Assembly: GCA_017560085.1 (NCBI GenBank)
Contig: JAFYPA010000057.1
Location: forward strand, 23,821 to 87,820
Direction of reading: 5' to 3'
DNA length: 64,000 bases
Source of the DNA: Clostridia bacterium
GTDB lineage: Bacteria; Bacillota; Clostridia; Oscillospirales; CAG-382
A model generated the notes under the pieces. That model worked only from the letters and a program-made list of their open reading frames with translations. It ran no database searches and was not told the origin of the DNA. A program made the position numbers and the translations under genes. Shown piece by piece: positions 38,429 to 48,193 of the stretch. Each line of letters starts with the position of its first letter. The first letter of the stretch is position 1.

Positions 38429-38457
38429 TTGTAAATTAGTAATTGAAGTGATATAAT
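38429..38457 (+). promoter_or_regulatory. Sigma-A-type promoter for the DMT / beta-helix / GH28 operon
   Basis: TTGTAA (38429-38434), 17-nt spacer, TATAAT (38452-38457). Confidence 0.65.
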
Positions 38458-38490
38458 CAAGAAAAATATAGAATAATTCGGAGCTTACAT

Positions 38491-39432
38491 ATGATTGTCT
38501 TTTTGGTTTTTTCGGCTATCTTTGCAGTTACTCTGCTTTCCGTTTTGCTTAATAAATCCTGCAGTAACATTCTTGCAAACAAAGGAAGTGCGGGTAAGGC
38601 TGTTTATGTGCTTGTTACGGGTATTTTTGCCTGTATCAACTTCTGGGCTTTTTCGGGATGTACCCTTGAAATCAATTGGAATTGCATTTATTTGTCCTTC
38701 TTTTATGCGATATGCAGTTTTCTTTCGGGAATTTCCATTATTGTTTATAAATATGCCGATATTGCAACGGTGAACGTAACAAAAAGCTCACTTTCGCTTT
38801 TGTTCTCCACGCTTGTGGGCTTTATAATTTTTGATGAGTCTCCAAGTGTAAGTAAGCTTGTCCGTATTGCACTTATGCTTGTCGCCGTGTTCTGCATATT
38901 CCTTGACGGCAGAGAACAGCTTAAAAGAAGCGGAAACGACGGAAGCACCGTGGTGGATAAAAAGCACGGTATTCTGATGTTTATTCTTATAAATGCGATG
39001 CTTATCCCCGTATATTGCTTCGGTGCATATCAGAATAAAATTGTAGCATCCACGGACTTTGTACCGGATATGAACTCATATTTCTTTATGACAAATGTGT
39101 TTATGATTCTGTTTACACTCGTCTGGATTGCATTTCTTGCAAAGAAGGACAAGAATAACGTTACTCAATGTATTTCGCTTGTTAAGTCCAAAAGCATTCT
39201 GCCGATGATTGTTCTTGTCTTTTTCGGAAGCCTTGCCGCAGTTCTTGCTGTGATTATACTGAAATATATGGAGGTTTCCGTTTATTCTCCAATAAATTCC
39301 GCTTTATCATTTATCTGTGCGGCTCTTTCCTCTGTGATTTTCAGAGAGAAAATAGGAAAATTCGTGTGGTGCTCGGTTGCTCTTGCGATTTTTGCTGTTG
39401 TTTTTGAGCCTGTAGTTTCGTTAATTATTTGA
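38491..39432 (+). CDS. Drug/metabolite transporter (DMT, EamA-like) superfamily membrane protein, candidate sugar transporter
   Basis: About 10 predicted TM helices as two 5-TM halves. Each half ends in a similar motif (VGFIIFDESPSVSKLVRIALMLVAVF and SSVIFREKIGKFVWCSVALAIFAVVF). Confidence 0.6.
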   Translation: MIVFLVFSAIFAVTLLSVLLNKSCSNILANKGSAGKAVYVLVTGIFACINFWAFSGCTLEINWNCIYLSFFYAICSFLSGISIIVYKYADIATVNVTKSSLSLLFSTLVGFIIFDESPSVSKLVRIALMLVAVFCIFLDGREQLKRSGNDGSTVVDKKHGILMFILINAMLIPVYCFGAYQNKIVASTDFVPDMNSYFFMTNVFMILFTLVWIAFLAKKDKNNVTQCISLVKSKSILPMIVLVFFGSLAAVLAVIILKYMEVSVYSPINSALSFICAALSSVIFREKIGKFVWCSVALAIFAVVFEPVVSLII

Positions 39433-39467
39433 TTTTGATTTTTTATTTTTCTGAAAGGATTTATAGT

Positions 39468-41579
39468 ATGCTGAATTACACTAATACATCAACAATTTAT
39501 GTATCACAGAAAATCGGTCACGATATGAAGTATAACGGACTTGCCCCTGAGGTTGATAAATACGGAAATGGTCCTTTTAAAACCATAAGACGAGCAATTG
39601 AGTCGGTAGGCGAAAGAAGAGTCAGCGGCTTTATGCGTCCTGTTACCATCGCGCTTGTGGACAACTATTATATCGAGAAACCAATCACCTTCGACTGCGA
39701 TAAGCAGGTGCACGGTATAAAGGTTTCTACCGACCTTATCACTATAGAATCTTATAATGGCAGAAAGAAAATTATTGGCGGAATTAAAATCAGCGACTGG
39801 AAGAAGGACAGCTTCAACGGTGTAGATTGTATCTCTGCGGTTCTTCCCGAAAAAAGTGACGGCTCAAAGTGGGATTTCGTTGACCTTTTTGTAAACGGTA
39901 AGCGTGCCGACAATACAAGATACCCCGCAAAGGGAACTCTTAAGGCGGTTGATTCGGAGAACAATTTTAAAACAATTGGCGAAACTCCTCTTTTTGTTCC
40001 CTCAAAATGGGTTGTTGCGGTTAAGAAGGACCTCGAAAATATCAAGGGCATTGAGAATGCAATTGTAAGCTTCAACCACTACTGGGTTGATGAGCATACT
40101 CCCGTTGAAAGCTACGACAGAGAGACGGGAAGGCTTACTTTTAAGTACAAGTCAAGATTTACCATAACAACAATTTATGCACCCGAAGAGCATACATCTG
40201 CTTTCAATTACTATCTTGAAAATATACCTACAATGTTCGGCAACAAGAATGAATGGTATCTTGACAGAGAAGCGGGAAAGGTTTATTACATACCCGAAAA
40301 TGATATTGATTTGGAAAACATTGAAGCATATGCTCCGACAGTAGGAAAATTATTTGAGATATGCGGAAATGATGAAAGCAGAGCTAAAGACATCCGTATA
40401 AGAAATCTTGAGCTTATGTGTACAAGCAGTGAATATTGCAGCAGAAATTACGGTGCGGATGCAACTGACGACGTTTATGCCTCCGATGCGCAGTCTGCTT
40501 GCTTTGCTCACGGTGCTGTAAGCTTTGAAAACGCAGAAAGATGCTCTGTTTCCGATTGCGTAATAAAGCATATCGGTACTTACGGCGTTGAGATTAAAAC
40601 CTCCTGCAGAAATATCAGAATAGAGAACAACATTATTGATGATATGGGAGCAGGCGGAGTAAGAATCTTCGGAGGAAGAGCCTCGGGAAATGCTGCGACA
40701 GGCTGTACTCAGTATGTCAGTGGCGAGCTTGAGGACGTTAATGCCACCTCGGGATGCATTGTCAGAGGCAACAAAATTACAAACTGCGGTAAGAAAATCG
40801 CCGCAGGATGTGGTGTTCTTATGTGCCACTCATCCAACAGCGAGATTTCTGAAAATGAAATTGCTTACCTTGAATATTCGGGGATTTCCGTTGGCTGGGA
40901 ATGGGGCTATTTCCCGAATGCCTCCTTTGGTAACGTTATCAGAAATAATCATATTCACCACGTCGGTCAGGGCAGACTTTCCGATATGGGCGGCATTTAT
41001 CTGCTCGGCAAGCAGCAGGGCACTGTTGTTTCCGGTAACCGCATTCACGATGTTTCAAGTGCCCACTATGGCGGTTGGGGTATTTACACCGATGAAGGCT
41101 CAAGCTACATGGTGATAGAAAATAACGTGGTTTATAACACCAAGTGTGAATCCTTCCATCAGCACTACGGCTCATATAACATTGTCAGAAACAATATTTT
41201 TGCTTTCGGAAGTGCTTGTGCGAGAGTGAGCAAAAGGGAAATGCACGATTGTGTATTCTTTGAGAACAATATTTTCGTTACGGACGGAAAGCCGATTTAC
41301 GCCAACGGCGAGCCTTCGGGAAATTCAAATTTCGGATGCAAGAGCAATGTTATTTTTGATGTGTCGGGTAAAGAGCCTCTGATGTTCTACTCCAATTACG
41401 GCTGCAGCTTTGATTTAAAGGAATGGACGGTCGAGCTGTCAAAGGATATCGGCTCTGTTGTTGCTGACCCTTGCTTTACGGATTTGGATAATTTTGATTT
41501 CACTCTTTCGGAGGATTCTCCCGCTGTGAAGCTCGGCTTTAAGCCCATAAAGGGATTTACCGCTTCCGGTAAGAAATAA
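39468..41579 (+). CDS. Right-handed parallel beta-helix repeat protein (pectin-lyase-fold enzyme of unassigned family)
   Basis: Repeated beta-helix turns (IENNIIDDMGAGGVRI, VRGNKITNCG, ISENEIAYLEYSGISVG, IRNNHIHHVG, VSGNRIHDV, IENNVVYNT, VRNNIFAF). No signal peptide. The ATG at 39468 has a GAAAGGA RBS. Confidence 0.7.
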   Translation: MLNYTNTSTIYVSQKIGHDMKYNGLAPEVDKYGNGPFKTIRRAIESVGERRVSGFMRPVTIALVDNYYIEKPITFDCDKQVHGIKVSTDLITIESYNGRKKIIGGIKISDWKKDSFNGVDCISAVLPEKSDGSKWDFVDLFVNGKRADNTRYPAKGTLKAVDSENNFKTIGETPLFVPSKWVVAVKKDLENIKGIENAIVSFNHYWVDEHTPVESYDRETGRLTFKYKSRFTITTIYAPEEHTSAFNYYLENIPTMFGNKNEWYLDREAGKVYYIPENDIDLENIEAYAPTVGKLFEICGNDESRAKDIRIRNLELMCTSSEYCSRNYGADATDDVYASDAQSACFAHGAVSFENAERCSVSDCVIKHIGTYGVEIKTSCRNIRIENNIIDDMGAGGVRIFGGRASGNAATGCTQYVSGELEDVNATSGCIVRGNKITNCGKKIAAGCGVLMCHSSNSEISENEIAYLEYSGISVGWEWGYFPNASFGNVIRNNHIHHVGQGRLSDMGGIYLLGKQQGTVVSGNRIHDVSSAHYGGWGIYTDEGSSYMVIENNVVYNTKCESFHQHYGSYNIVRNNIFAFGSACARVSKREMHDCVFFENNIFVTDGKPIYANGEPSGNSNFGCKSNVIFDVSGKEPLMFYSNYGCSFDLKEWTVELSKDIGSVVADPCFTDLDNFDFTLSEDSPAVKLGFKPIKGFTASGKK

Positions 41580-41596
41580 AACTGTGAGGTACTTTA

Positions 41597-42883
41597 ATGG
41601 AATATAAATTTTTCAAGCCCTTTGAACTTCCTGCAGAGCCGATTTTTCCGGATGTATATGTAAGCATCACGGACTACGGGGCAAGGGAAAACGAGGTCTG
41701 CACGGAGCAGATAAACAGAGCCATAAAGGAAACCTCGCAAAAGGGCGGAGGTCACATTATAATTCCAAAGGGTAAGTGGAAAACAGGTGCGATTCATCTT
41801 GCAAGCAACATCGAACTTCATTTCGAAAGCGGTGCAGTGCTTGACTTCAGCACCAATCCCGACGATTATCTGCCCGCTGTTCTTGTTGTGTACGAGGGGA
41901 TAAGGTGTATCAATTATTCGCCCTTCATATACGGAAAAGATCTTGTAAATGTTGCTATAACAGGAGAAGGAATCCTTGAGGGCAACGGCAATGCGTTCTG
42001 GGAATGGAAAAAGAACAAGGAGGCTGTTTCCCGTCTTTATGAGATGGGTGCAAATCTTGTACCCGTGGAGGAAAGAGTGTTTGCAAGGGTCGGAGAATTG
42101 CGCTCTCCCTTTGTTCAGCTTTTATCCTGCAAAAATGTGCTTATTGACGGCATAAAGCTCAATAATTCACCATTCTGGAATGTTGACCCCGTGTGGTGTG
42201 AAAATATGATTATCCGTAATGTTAAGATTGAAAGTCCTGCTGAATCTCCAAACACTGACGGAATAAATGTTGATTCCTGCAGAAATGTTCTTGTTGAGGA
42301 TTGCACGGTTATCACTGCGGGTGATGACCTTTTCTGTCTTAAGGCGGGCAGAAACGACGATGCTCTTGAGGTGGGAATTCCTTGTGAGAATGTTATAATC
42401 CGCCGTTGCAGAAGTCTCGGCAAGTGCGCAAGCGGGGGAATTGTAATCGGCAGCGAAATGTCCGCCGGTGTCCGTAATGTCCTTGCTTATGACTGCGATT
42501 TTGCTCATAATATAAACTGCGTAAGAGTAAAATCCAAGGACGGCAGGGGAGGCGTTGTTGAAAATATCGAGGTCAGAAATCTTCATATGGGCGAGGGTAT
42601 GCGCGGGATAAATCTCACCTTCAGATATGACTGCAACGGTCCGAAGTCGGATGATGCAAGAGTGCCCGGTGAGCGGATGCCTGTATTCAGAAATATATAT
42701 GCCGAAAATATCGTATGTGATAAAACCGATATCGGAATTGCCATTGACGGCGTACCTAATGGTGTTATGGAGAATATATACTTCAAGGACATCTCAATGA
42801 ATGCTGTGCAGTGCCTCAGCTGTGATTCTGTTTACGGTCTTAATATGGAAAACGTAAGGCTTTGTCAGATTGTTAAAGAATAA
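41597..42883 (+). CDS. Glycoside hydrolase family 28 (polygalacturonase/rhamnogalacturonase-type)
   Basis: Catalytic-region motifs NTDGINVDSC, ITAGDDLFCLKAG, SGGIVIGSE and VRVKS. No signal peptide. Confidence 0.85.
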   Translation: MEYKFFKPFELPAEPIFPDVYVSITDYGARENEVCTEQINRAIKETSQKGGGHIIIPKGKWKTGAIHLASNIELHFESGAVLDFSTNPDDYLPAVLVVYEGIRCINYSPFIYGKDLVNVAITGEGILEGNGNAFWEWKKNKEAVSRLYEMGANLVPVEERVFARVGELRSPFVQLLSCKNVLIDGIKLNNSPFWNVDPVWCENMIIRNVKIESPAESPNTDGINVDSCRNVLVEDCTVITAGDDLFCLKAGRNDDALEVGIPCENVIIRRCRSLGKCASGGIVIGSEMSAGVRNVLAYDCDFAHNINCVRVKSKDGRGGVVENIEVRNLHMGEGMRGINLTFRYDCNGPKSDDARVPGERMPVFRNIYAENIVCDKTDIGIAIDGVPNGVMENIYFKDISMNAVQCLSCDSVYGLNMENVRLCQIVKE

Positions 42884-42890
42884 TATTTAT

Positions 42891-42938
42891 GGGGTAACAT
42901 AAAGGTTTTGAGAAATTGTAAACTATTTATGTTACCCC
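42891..42938 (+). terminator. Hairpin terminator after GH28
   Basis: A 13-bp stem, GGGGTAACATAAA / TTTATGTTACCCC, with a 22-nt loop, followed by TTGATTATTT. Confidence 0.6.
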
Positions 42939-42967
42939 TTGATTATTTCTTGCTTTTTTGGTATAAT
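42939..42967 (+). promoter_or_regulatory. Sigma-A-type promoter of lepA-hemW
   Basis: TTGATT (42939-42944), 17-nt spacer, TATAAT (42962-42967). Confidence 0.65.
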
Positions 42968-43023
42968 ATCTCAGTATACCCGAATAACGAAATACAGTAA
43001 TTTTTTGTAAAGGAAAAATATAA

Positions 43024-44835
43024 ATGGCAAAGAAGAAAATTGAAAATATCAGAAATTTCTCAATTATCGCACACATTGACCACGGTAAATCCACTCTTGC
43101 GGACAGAATCCTCGAAAAGACGGACACCGTCACGAAACGTGAAATGGAGGAACAGCTTCTTGACGATATGGAGCTTGAGCGCGAAAGAGGAATTACAATC
43201 AAGGCAAGAGCCGTAAGACTCCGTCACACAAAGGACGGCGTTGAATACTTCTTCAACCTTATAGACACTCCCGGTCACGTCGACTTTAACTATGAGGTTT
43301 CCCGTTCTCTCAAGGCTTGTGACGGAGCTCTTCTTGTTGTTGATGCTACGCAGGGTATCGAAGCGCAGACTCTTGCAAATGCATATCTTGCCGTGGAGAA
43401 TGACCTTGAGGTTGTTCCCGTTATCAACAAGATTGACCTTCCCTCGGCTGATATTCCGAGAGTAAGAAACGAAATTGAGGATATTATCGGTATTCCCGCA
43501 CAGGAATGTCCCGCTATCTCCGCAAAGACGGGTCTTAATATCGAGGATGTTCTTGACAGCATTGTTACGGATATTCCTTGCCCCGAGGGTGACCTTGATG
43601 CACCTCTCAAGGCGCTTATATTTGACTCTTACTATGACTCCTACAGAGGCGTTGTTGTATACGTAAGAGTGTTTGACGGTAAGGTGAAGCAGGGCGATGT
43701 TATAAAGCTTATGTCCAACGGCATTACTTACGAGGTAAACGAGGTCGGTCATATGAGTGCCTTCGGTCTTGAAAAGGACAAGGTGCTTTCCGCAGGTGAG
43801 GTTGGTTATATCACAGCCTCCATAAAGACCGTTTCCGACACAAGAGTAGGTGATACTGTTACACTTGCGGACAATCCCGCAGAGGAGGCATTCCCCGGCT
43901 TTAAGGAAGCGCTTCCGGTTGTATTCAGCGGTATTTATCCCGCAGATGGTGCAAGATACGGCGACCTTCGTGATGCTCTTGAAAAGCTTGCTCTTAACGA
44001 TGCGGCACTCACCTTTGAACCCGAAACATCCATCGCACTCGGCTTCGGCTTCAGATGCGGATTTTTGGGACTACTCCATATGGAGGTAATCGAGGAAAGA
44101 CTTGAGCGAGAATTCAATCTTGACCTTATTACAACCGCACCCAGCGTTATTTACGAGGTTACACGCCACGACGGAAGTGTTTACAGAATCGACAACCCCG
44201 TAAACTTCCCTCAGGGTGATACGGTTGACCACGTAAGCGAGCCTATTGTCCGTGCAAACATTATTACGCCTACCGAATATGTCGGTGCTATTATGGAGCT
44301 TTGTCAGGACAGACGAGGCACTTATATTGATATGAAATATGTTGATGCTTCAAGAGCGGAGCTTCATTATACGCTTCCTCTTAACGAAATTGTTTATGAC
44401 TTCTTTGATGCTCTCAAGTCCAAGAGCCGCGGCTATGCATCTCTCGACTATGAGCTTGCAGGCTATGAGCCCTCAAAGCTTGTGAAGCTTGATATTCTCC
44501 TTAACGGTGATATCGTGGATGCTCTTTCCTTTATCGTTCACGCCGACAAGGCTTACGGCAGAGCAAGAAAGATTGCTGAAAAGCTTAAGGACAACATTCC
44601 GAGACAGCTGTTTGAAATTCCCGTTCAGGCGGCAATCGGCGGTAAGGTTATCGCAAGAGAAACAGTAAGAGCTCTCCGTAAGGACGTTCTTGCAAAGTGC
44701 TACGGCGGTGATATTACCCGTAAGAAGAAGCTTCTTGAAAAGCAGAAAGAGGGTAAAAAGCGAATGCGTTCTCTCGGCTCTGTTGAGGTACCGCAGGAAG
44801 CATTTATGGCTGTTCTTAAATTCGACGAGGACTAA
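43024..44835 (+). CDS. lepA: Translation elongation factor 4
   Basis: [33 protein letters not shown], and the LepA-specific C-terminal domain (..[27 protein letters not shown]). Confidence 0.97.
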   Translation: MAKKKIENIRNFSIIAHIDHGKSTLADRILEKTDTVTKREMEEQLLDDMELERERGITIKARAVRLRHTKDGVEYFFNLIDTPGHVDFNYEVSRSLKACDGALLVVDATQGIEAQTLANAYLAVENDLEVVPVINKIDLPSADIPRVRNEIEDIIGIPAQECPAISAKTGLNIEDVLDSIVTDIPCPEGDLDAPLKALIFDSYYDSYRGVVVYVRVFDGKVKQGDVIKLMSNGITYEVNEVGHMSAFGLEKDKVLSAGEVGYITASIKTVSDTRVGDTVTLADNPAEEAFPGFKEALPVVFSGIYPADGARYGDLRDALEKLALNDAALTFEPETSIALGFGFRCGFLGLLHMEVIEERLEREFNLDLITTAPSVIYEVTRHDGSVYRIDNPVNFPQGDTVDHVSEPIVRANIITPTEYVGAIMELCQDRRGTYIDMKYVDASRAELHYTLPLNEIVYDFFDALKSKSRGYASLDYELAGYEPSKLVKLDILLNGDIVDALSFIVHADKAYGRARKIAEKLKDNIPRQLFEIPVQAAIGGKVIARETVRALRKDVLAKCYGGDITRKKKLLEKQKEGKKRMRSLGSVEVPQEAFMAVLKFDED

Positions 44836-44859
44836 GTTATTTTATTTGACGGAGGAATT

Positions 44860-46050
44860 ATGGCAAGGGATTACTTGGAGAAAAAGCTTGGTTTGTATAT
44901 TCACATTCCCTTCTGTATGAGAAAGTGTCTGTACTGTGATTTTTATTCTATACCTGCGGCGAATGAGCAGCTTAAAAGCCTTTATCTTGAAGCACTTATG
45001 CTTCATTTTGAGGAGCACAGCCTTCAGCTTGCGCCCTATGTAATAGATTCCATATATTTCGGCGGCGGTACGCCCTCGCTTCTGACATCACAGCAGATTT
45101 CAATGCTTCTTCGGAAAATCAAAAAGAACTTCTTTGTTTCTCCCAAGTGCGAAATCACACTTGAAACAAACCCCGGAACTGTTGATAAGGCAAAGATTTC
45201 CGAGTTCAGAAAAAGCGGTGTAAACAGACTCAGCATCGGCTGTCAGAGCTTTTACGACAGCGACCTTCAGACCTGCGGACGAATTCATAATTCCGCCGAT
45301 AATATAAAGGCTGTTGACGATGCGGTGAATGCGGGCTTCAAAAATATTAACGTCGATATTATGTACGGCTTACCGGGACAGTCGCTTCAGAATGTCCTCG
45401 GAAGCATTGAAAGAGCGGTAAAGCTCGGTGCGACGCATATTTCACTTTACGGACTTAAGGTTGAGGAGGGAACTCCCTTTTACGCAATGCAGACACAGAA
45501 GAAGCTCGAGCTTCCCGATGAGGACACCGAGAGCGATATGTATTTTGTTTCCTGCAATCTTCTCAAGAATCTTGGCTTCAAGCATTACGAAATCTCCAAT
45601 TTTGCAAAGCCTGGCTTTGAAAGTGTGCACAATCTCAAGTACTGGAACTGTGACGAATATGTCGGCTTCGGACCGTCCGCACATTCCTTCTTCTCCGGTA
45701 AGAGATTTTACTATAAAAACAGTACTTCCCTTTATATCAAAAACTTTACCGAAAATTACGACGGTCAGGGCATCGTTGATAAGTGCATTGACGTTCAGTT
45801 CGGCACGCAGATGGCGGAATACGTTATGCTCCGTATGAGACTTGGCGAGGGCATCAACTGTGATGAATTCAAGCGCCGATTCGGAAGAACCTTTGAGTCT
45901 GTGTATCTTACAAAAATGACACCCTTCCTTCGCTCGGGACACATCGTGAAAACTGTTGACGGTTATGCCTTTACCGAGCAGGGAATGTATGTTTCCAATT
46001 ATATTTTATCCAGAATGATTGATTTTGATATTGTTATACCGGGAGTTTAA
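44860..46050 (+). CDS. hemW: Radical SAM heme chaperone HemW (HemN-like, oxygen-independent coproporphyrinogen oxidase family)
   Basis: LYIHIPFCMRKCLYCDF (CxxxCxxC), YFGGGTPS, HxxLY motifs, and conserved lepA-hemW synteny. Confidence 0.9.
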   Translation: MARDYLEKKLGLYIHIPFCMRKCLYCDFYSIPAANEQLKSLYLEALMLHFEEHSLQLAPYVIDSIYFGGGTPSLLTSQQISMLLRKIKKNFFVSPKCEITLETNPGTVDKAKISEFRKSGVNRLSIGCQSFYDSDLQTCGRIHNSADNIKAVDDAVNAGFKNINVDIMYGLPGQSLQNVLGSIERAVKLGATHISLYGLKVEEGTPFYAMQTQKKLELPDEDTESDMYFVSCNLLKNLGFKHYEISNFAKPGFESVHNLKYWNCDEYVGFGPSAHSFFSGKRFYYKNSTSLYIKNFTENYDGQGIVDKCIDVQFGTQMAEYVMLRMRLGEGINCDEFKRRFGRTFESVYLTKMTPFLRSGHIVKTVDGYAFTEQGMYVSNYILSRMIDFDIVIPGV

Positions 46051-46085
46051 GCTTTCAGAGGATATAAATCAAAATTAAGCTTTGA

Positions 46086-46116
46086 TTCCCATACAGAATT
46101 TGTGTGGGAATTTTTG
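46086..46116 (+). terminator. Intrinsic terminator of lepA-hemW
   Basis: TTCCCATACA...TGTGTGGGAA (one G-U pair), then TTTTTG. Confidence 0.75.
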
Positions 46117-46184
46117 TTTTGTATGTAAGATTTTCCTTTAAATTTCGTCTTTATAAGTGAAGGGCAAAGGAAGGGAGGAGCAAT

Positions 46185-46745
46185 ATGAATGACATTGATA
46201 TCGTAAAGCTCTATTTTGAACGTGACGACAGAGCTATTCTTGAAACCGAAAAATCATACGGTAGCTTTTTAACCGCAATTGCTTTGAGAATTCTCGGCGA
46301 CAGACTTGATTCGGAGGAGTGTGTAAGCGATACATATCTTCGCGCGTGGAATTCCATGCCACCGCAAAAGCCGAGTAAGCTTTCTGCATTTCTCGGAAGG
46401 ATTACCCGCAATCTGTCCTTTGACAGATACAGAATAAAAAATGCCGAAAAACGGGGCGGTGCCGAAACGGAAATTATTCTTGATGAGCTTTCCGAAATCA
46501 CGGACGGCAAGGACTCTACATACGGAGAGGTTGAAAGGATGGAGCTTGTTAAGACATTGAATTCTTTTCTTGCTTCACTCGATGCAGACAAGAGAAGCAT
46601 TTTTGTTCTTCGATACTGGTATTCTTATTCAGTTTCGGATATTGCCTTGAAATGCGGAAAATCCGAGAGCAATATTTCTGTTATACTTTCAAGAACACGG
46701 AATGCACTCAGAATTTATCTTTCGGAAAGGGGATTTGAGATATGA
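46185..46745 (+). CDS. ECF-type RNA polymerase sigma-70 family factor
   Basis: Region 2 (DSEECVSDTYLRAWNS) and a region 4 HTH (YSVSDIALKCGKSESNISVILSRTRNALR). 186 aa. Its stop overlaps the next start (ATGA). Confidence 0.88.
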   Translation: MNDIDIVKLYFERDDRAILETEKSYGSFLTAIALRILGDRLDSEECVSDTYLRAWNSMPPQKPSKLSAFLGRITRNLSFDRYRIKNAEKRGGAETEIILDELSEITDGKDSTYGEVERMELVKTLNSFLASLDADKRSIFVLRYWYSYSVSDIALKCGKSESNISVILSRTRNALRIYLSERGFEI

Positions 46746-48097
46746 AAAAGGAACAGCTTTATGAAGTGATTTCCGACATTGATGACGAATATGTTACCGA
46801 TGCCGAAAAGGTTAGTAAGAGTAAAAACAAGCTTGTTATAAGGATATTGGCTTCCGTTGCTTGTCTTGCGCTTGCTGTTGCCGTTTCGGTACCCTTTGTA
46901 TTCCGCAGTAAAATGATTGACGAAAAAGAGGTTACTGAACCTGAAGATATTTTTGTTTTACCGAAGGACGAAATAAGGAAAAATGTAAAAAAAGACAAAA
47001 TCGTTTATTGGGAGGATTGGACATCCTCGGAATATCTTGTGTATTACGGTGATGGCAGTAGAACTGTCAGAGCTGACATAGGAAAAGAGCTTGACAGGCT
47101 AACATCTTACGGTGATAGAATAGAATCGAACGAACTGAGAGAAGGCTTGGAAATTGCAAGAAAAATGCCGGTTTTTACTGAATATAACCAAAAAATGAAC
47201 GACTCCGAATGGCAGGAGTTGATTTGTAAATTTGAAAATATTGTCGGTGTTTCCTTTTACGATTTTGTAGGTAAAGCTCCTGATAAATGGCGTTATCCGG
47301 AATTTTACACATTTGATCATTGGGAAAACGGAGAAACATTAGGGTATGTTTTTGAATATAAAATTGATAATTCAGCATTACATTGGTTAAATTATCCTGA
47401 AATAGAGCTGCATATTGGCACAGGAGAAAAAATCGAATACGATGTTTGCGATTATTTGTCGAAACTGTATGTTGGTGCTGAAGAGAAAACGGTAATAAAC
47501 GGTATTTCAATGACCATATTCAACAGTGATTGGCATTATTGGGTCACATTTGAAATGAACGGAAAGCCATACGAAATTGAATCAAGGAACATAAACCGTC
47601 AATATCTTGAGGAGTTTCTTTGCAGTATAACCGCGGAATCCGCCAAAAAAGACATTATCGAGCTACCGGTTAGATTCCCGATGGATTATGAGTATAAAAG
47701 TGATGATATGCTTCGTGAAATGTATTACCTTGACCATGGTATAAAATATCATGACTTTTCGGACAGCAGCTCGTCAATTTGGGACGGAAATCGGGAAATA
47801 GAAATTTTATTTGGTGTACCACCTTTGTATATAGCTTATGGTTCGGGAAGTAAGTATATAACAATCAATAAAATTTATGAGTTTGAAATAAGTGACAGAT
47901 ATGAACTTATTGAGTCTGAAAAAATAAATTCAATTTCTGTGGATTTTTATTCATGGAAGAGGTATTTGAATAATACAGATTTTGTTTATGAATATTTAGC
48001 TGTATACGAATATGACGATAATCTTTATAGGGTTTCAGGTTATGATAATCTTTCGATTGACGAAATAAAAGACTTTCTTTTACTTGTTTTGGCTTGA
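46742..48097 (+). CDS. Putative anti-sigma factor: short cytoplasmic N-terminus, one TM helix and a roughly 390-aa extracytoplasmic domain of unknown function
   Basis: Translationally coupled to the ECF sigma gene. N-terminal ISDIDDEYVTDAEK is common in clostridial sigma-partner proteins. TM helix LVIRILASVACLALAVAVSVPFVF. Two C-terminal modules resemble DUF4367-type ends (..WVTFEMNGKPYEIESRNINRQYLEEFL.. and ..YDDNLYRVSGYDNLSIDEIKDFL..). Confidence 0.6.
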   Translation: MKKEQLYEVISDIDDEYVTDAEKVSKSKNKLVIRILASVACLALAVAVSVPFVFRSKMIDEKEVTEPEDIFVLPKDEIRKNVKKDKIVYWEDWTSSEYLVYYGDGSRTVRADIGKELDRLTSYGDRIESNELREGLEIARKMPVFTEYNQKMNDSEWQELICKFENIVGVSFYDFVGKAPDKWRYPEFYTFDHWENGETLGYVFEYKIDNSALHWLNYPEIELHIGTGEKIEYDVCDYLSKLYVGAEEKTVINGISMTIFNSDWHYWVTFEMNGKPYEIESRNINRQYLEEFLCSITAESAKKDIIELPVRFPMDYEYKSDDMLREMYYLDHGIKYHDFSDSSSSIWDGNREIEILFGVPPLYIAYGSGSKYITINKIYEFEISDRYELIESEKINSISVDFYSWKRYLNNTDFVYEYLAVYEYDDNLYRVSGYDNLSIDEIKDFLLLVLA

Positions 48098-48105
48098 AAT
48101 ATATC

Positions 48106-48139
48106 AGAGTCACTTCCGGACGGAGGTGGCTCTTTTTTT
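48106..48139 (+). terminator. Intrinsic terminator of the sigma/anti-sigma operon
   Basis: AGAGTCACTTCC, loop GGAC, GGAGGTGGCTCT (two G-U pairs), then TTTTTTTG. Confidence 0.8.
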
Positions 48140-48193
48140 GCACAATCCACTCTCTTCAAGCATACATTGTAATAAAACATATAAAGAGAGTGA

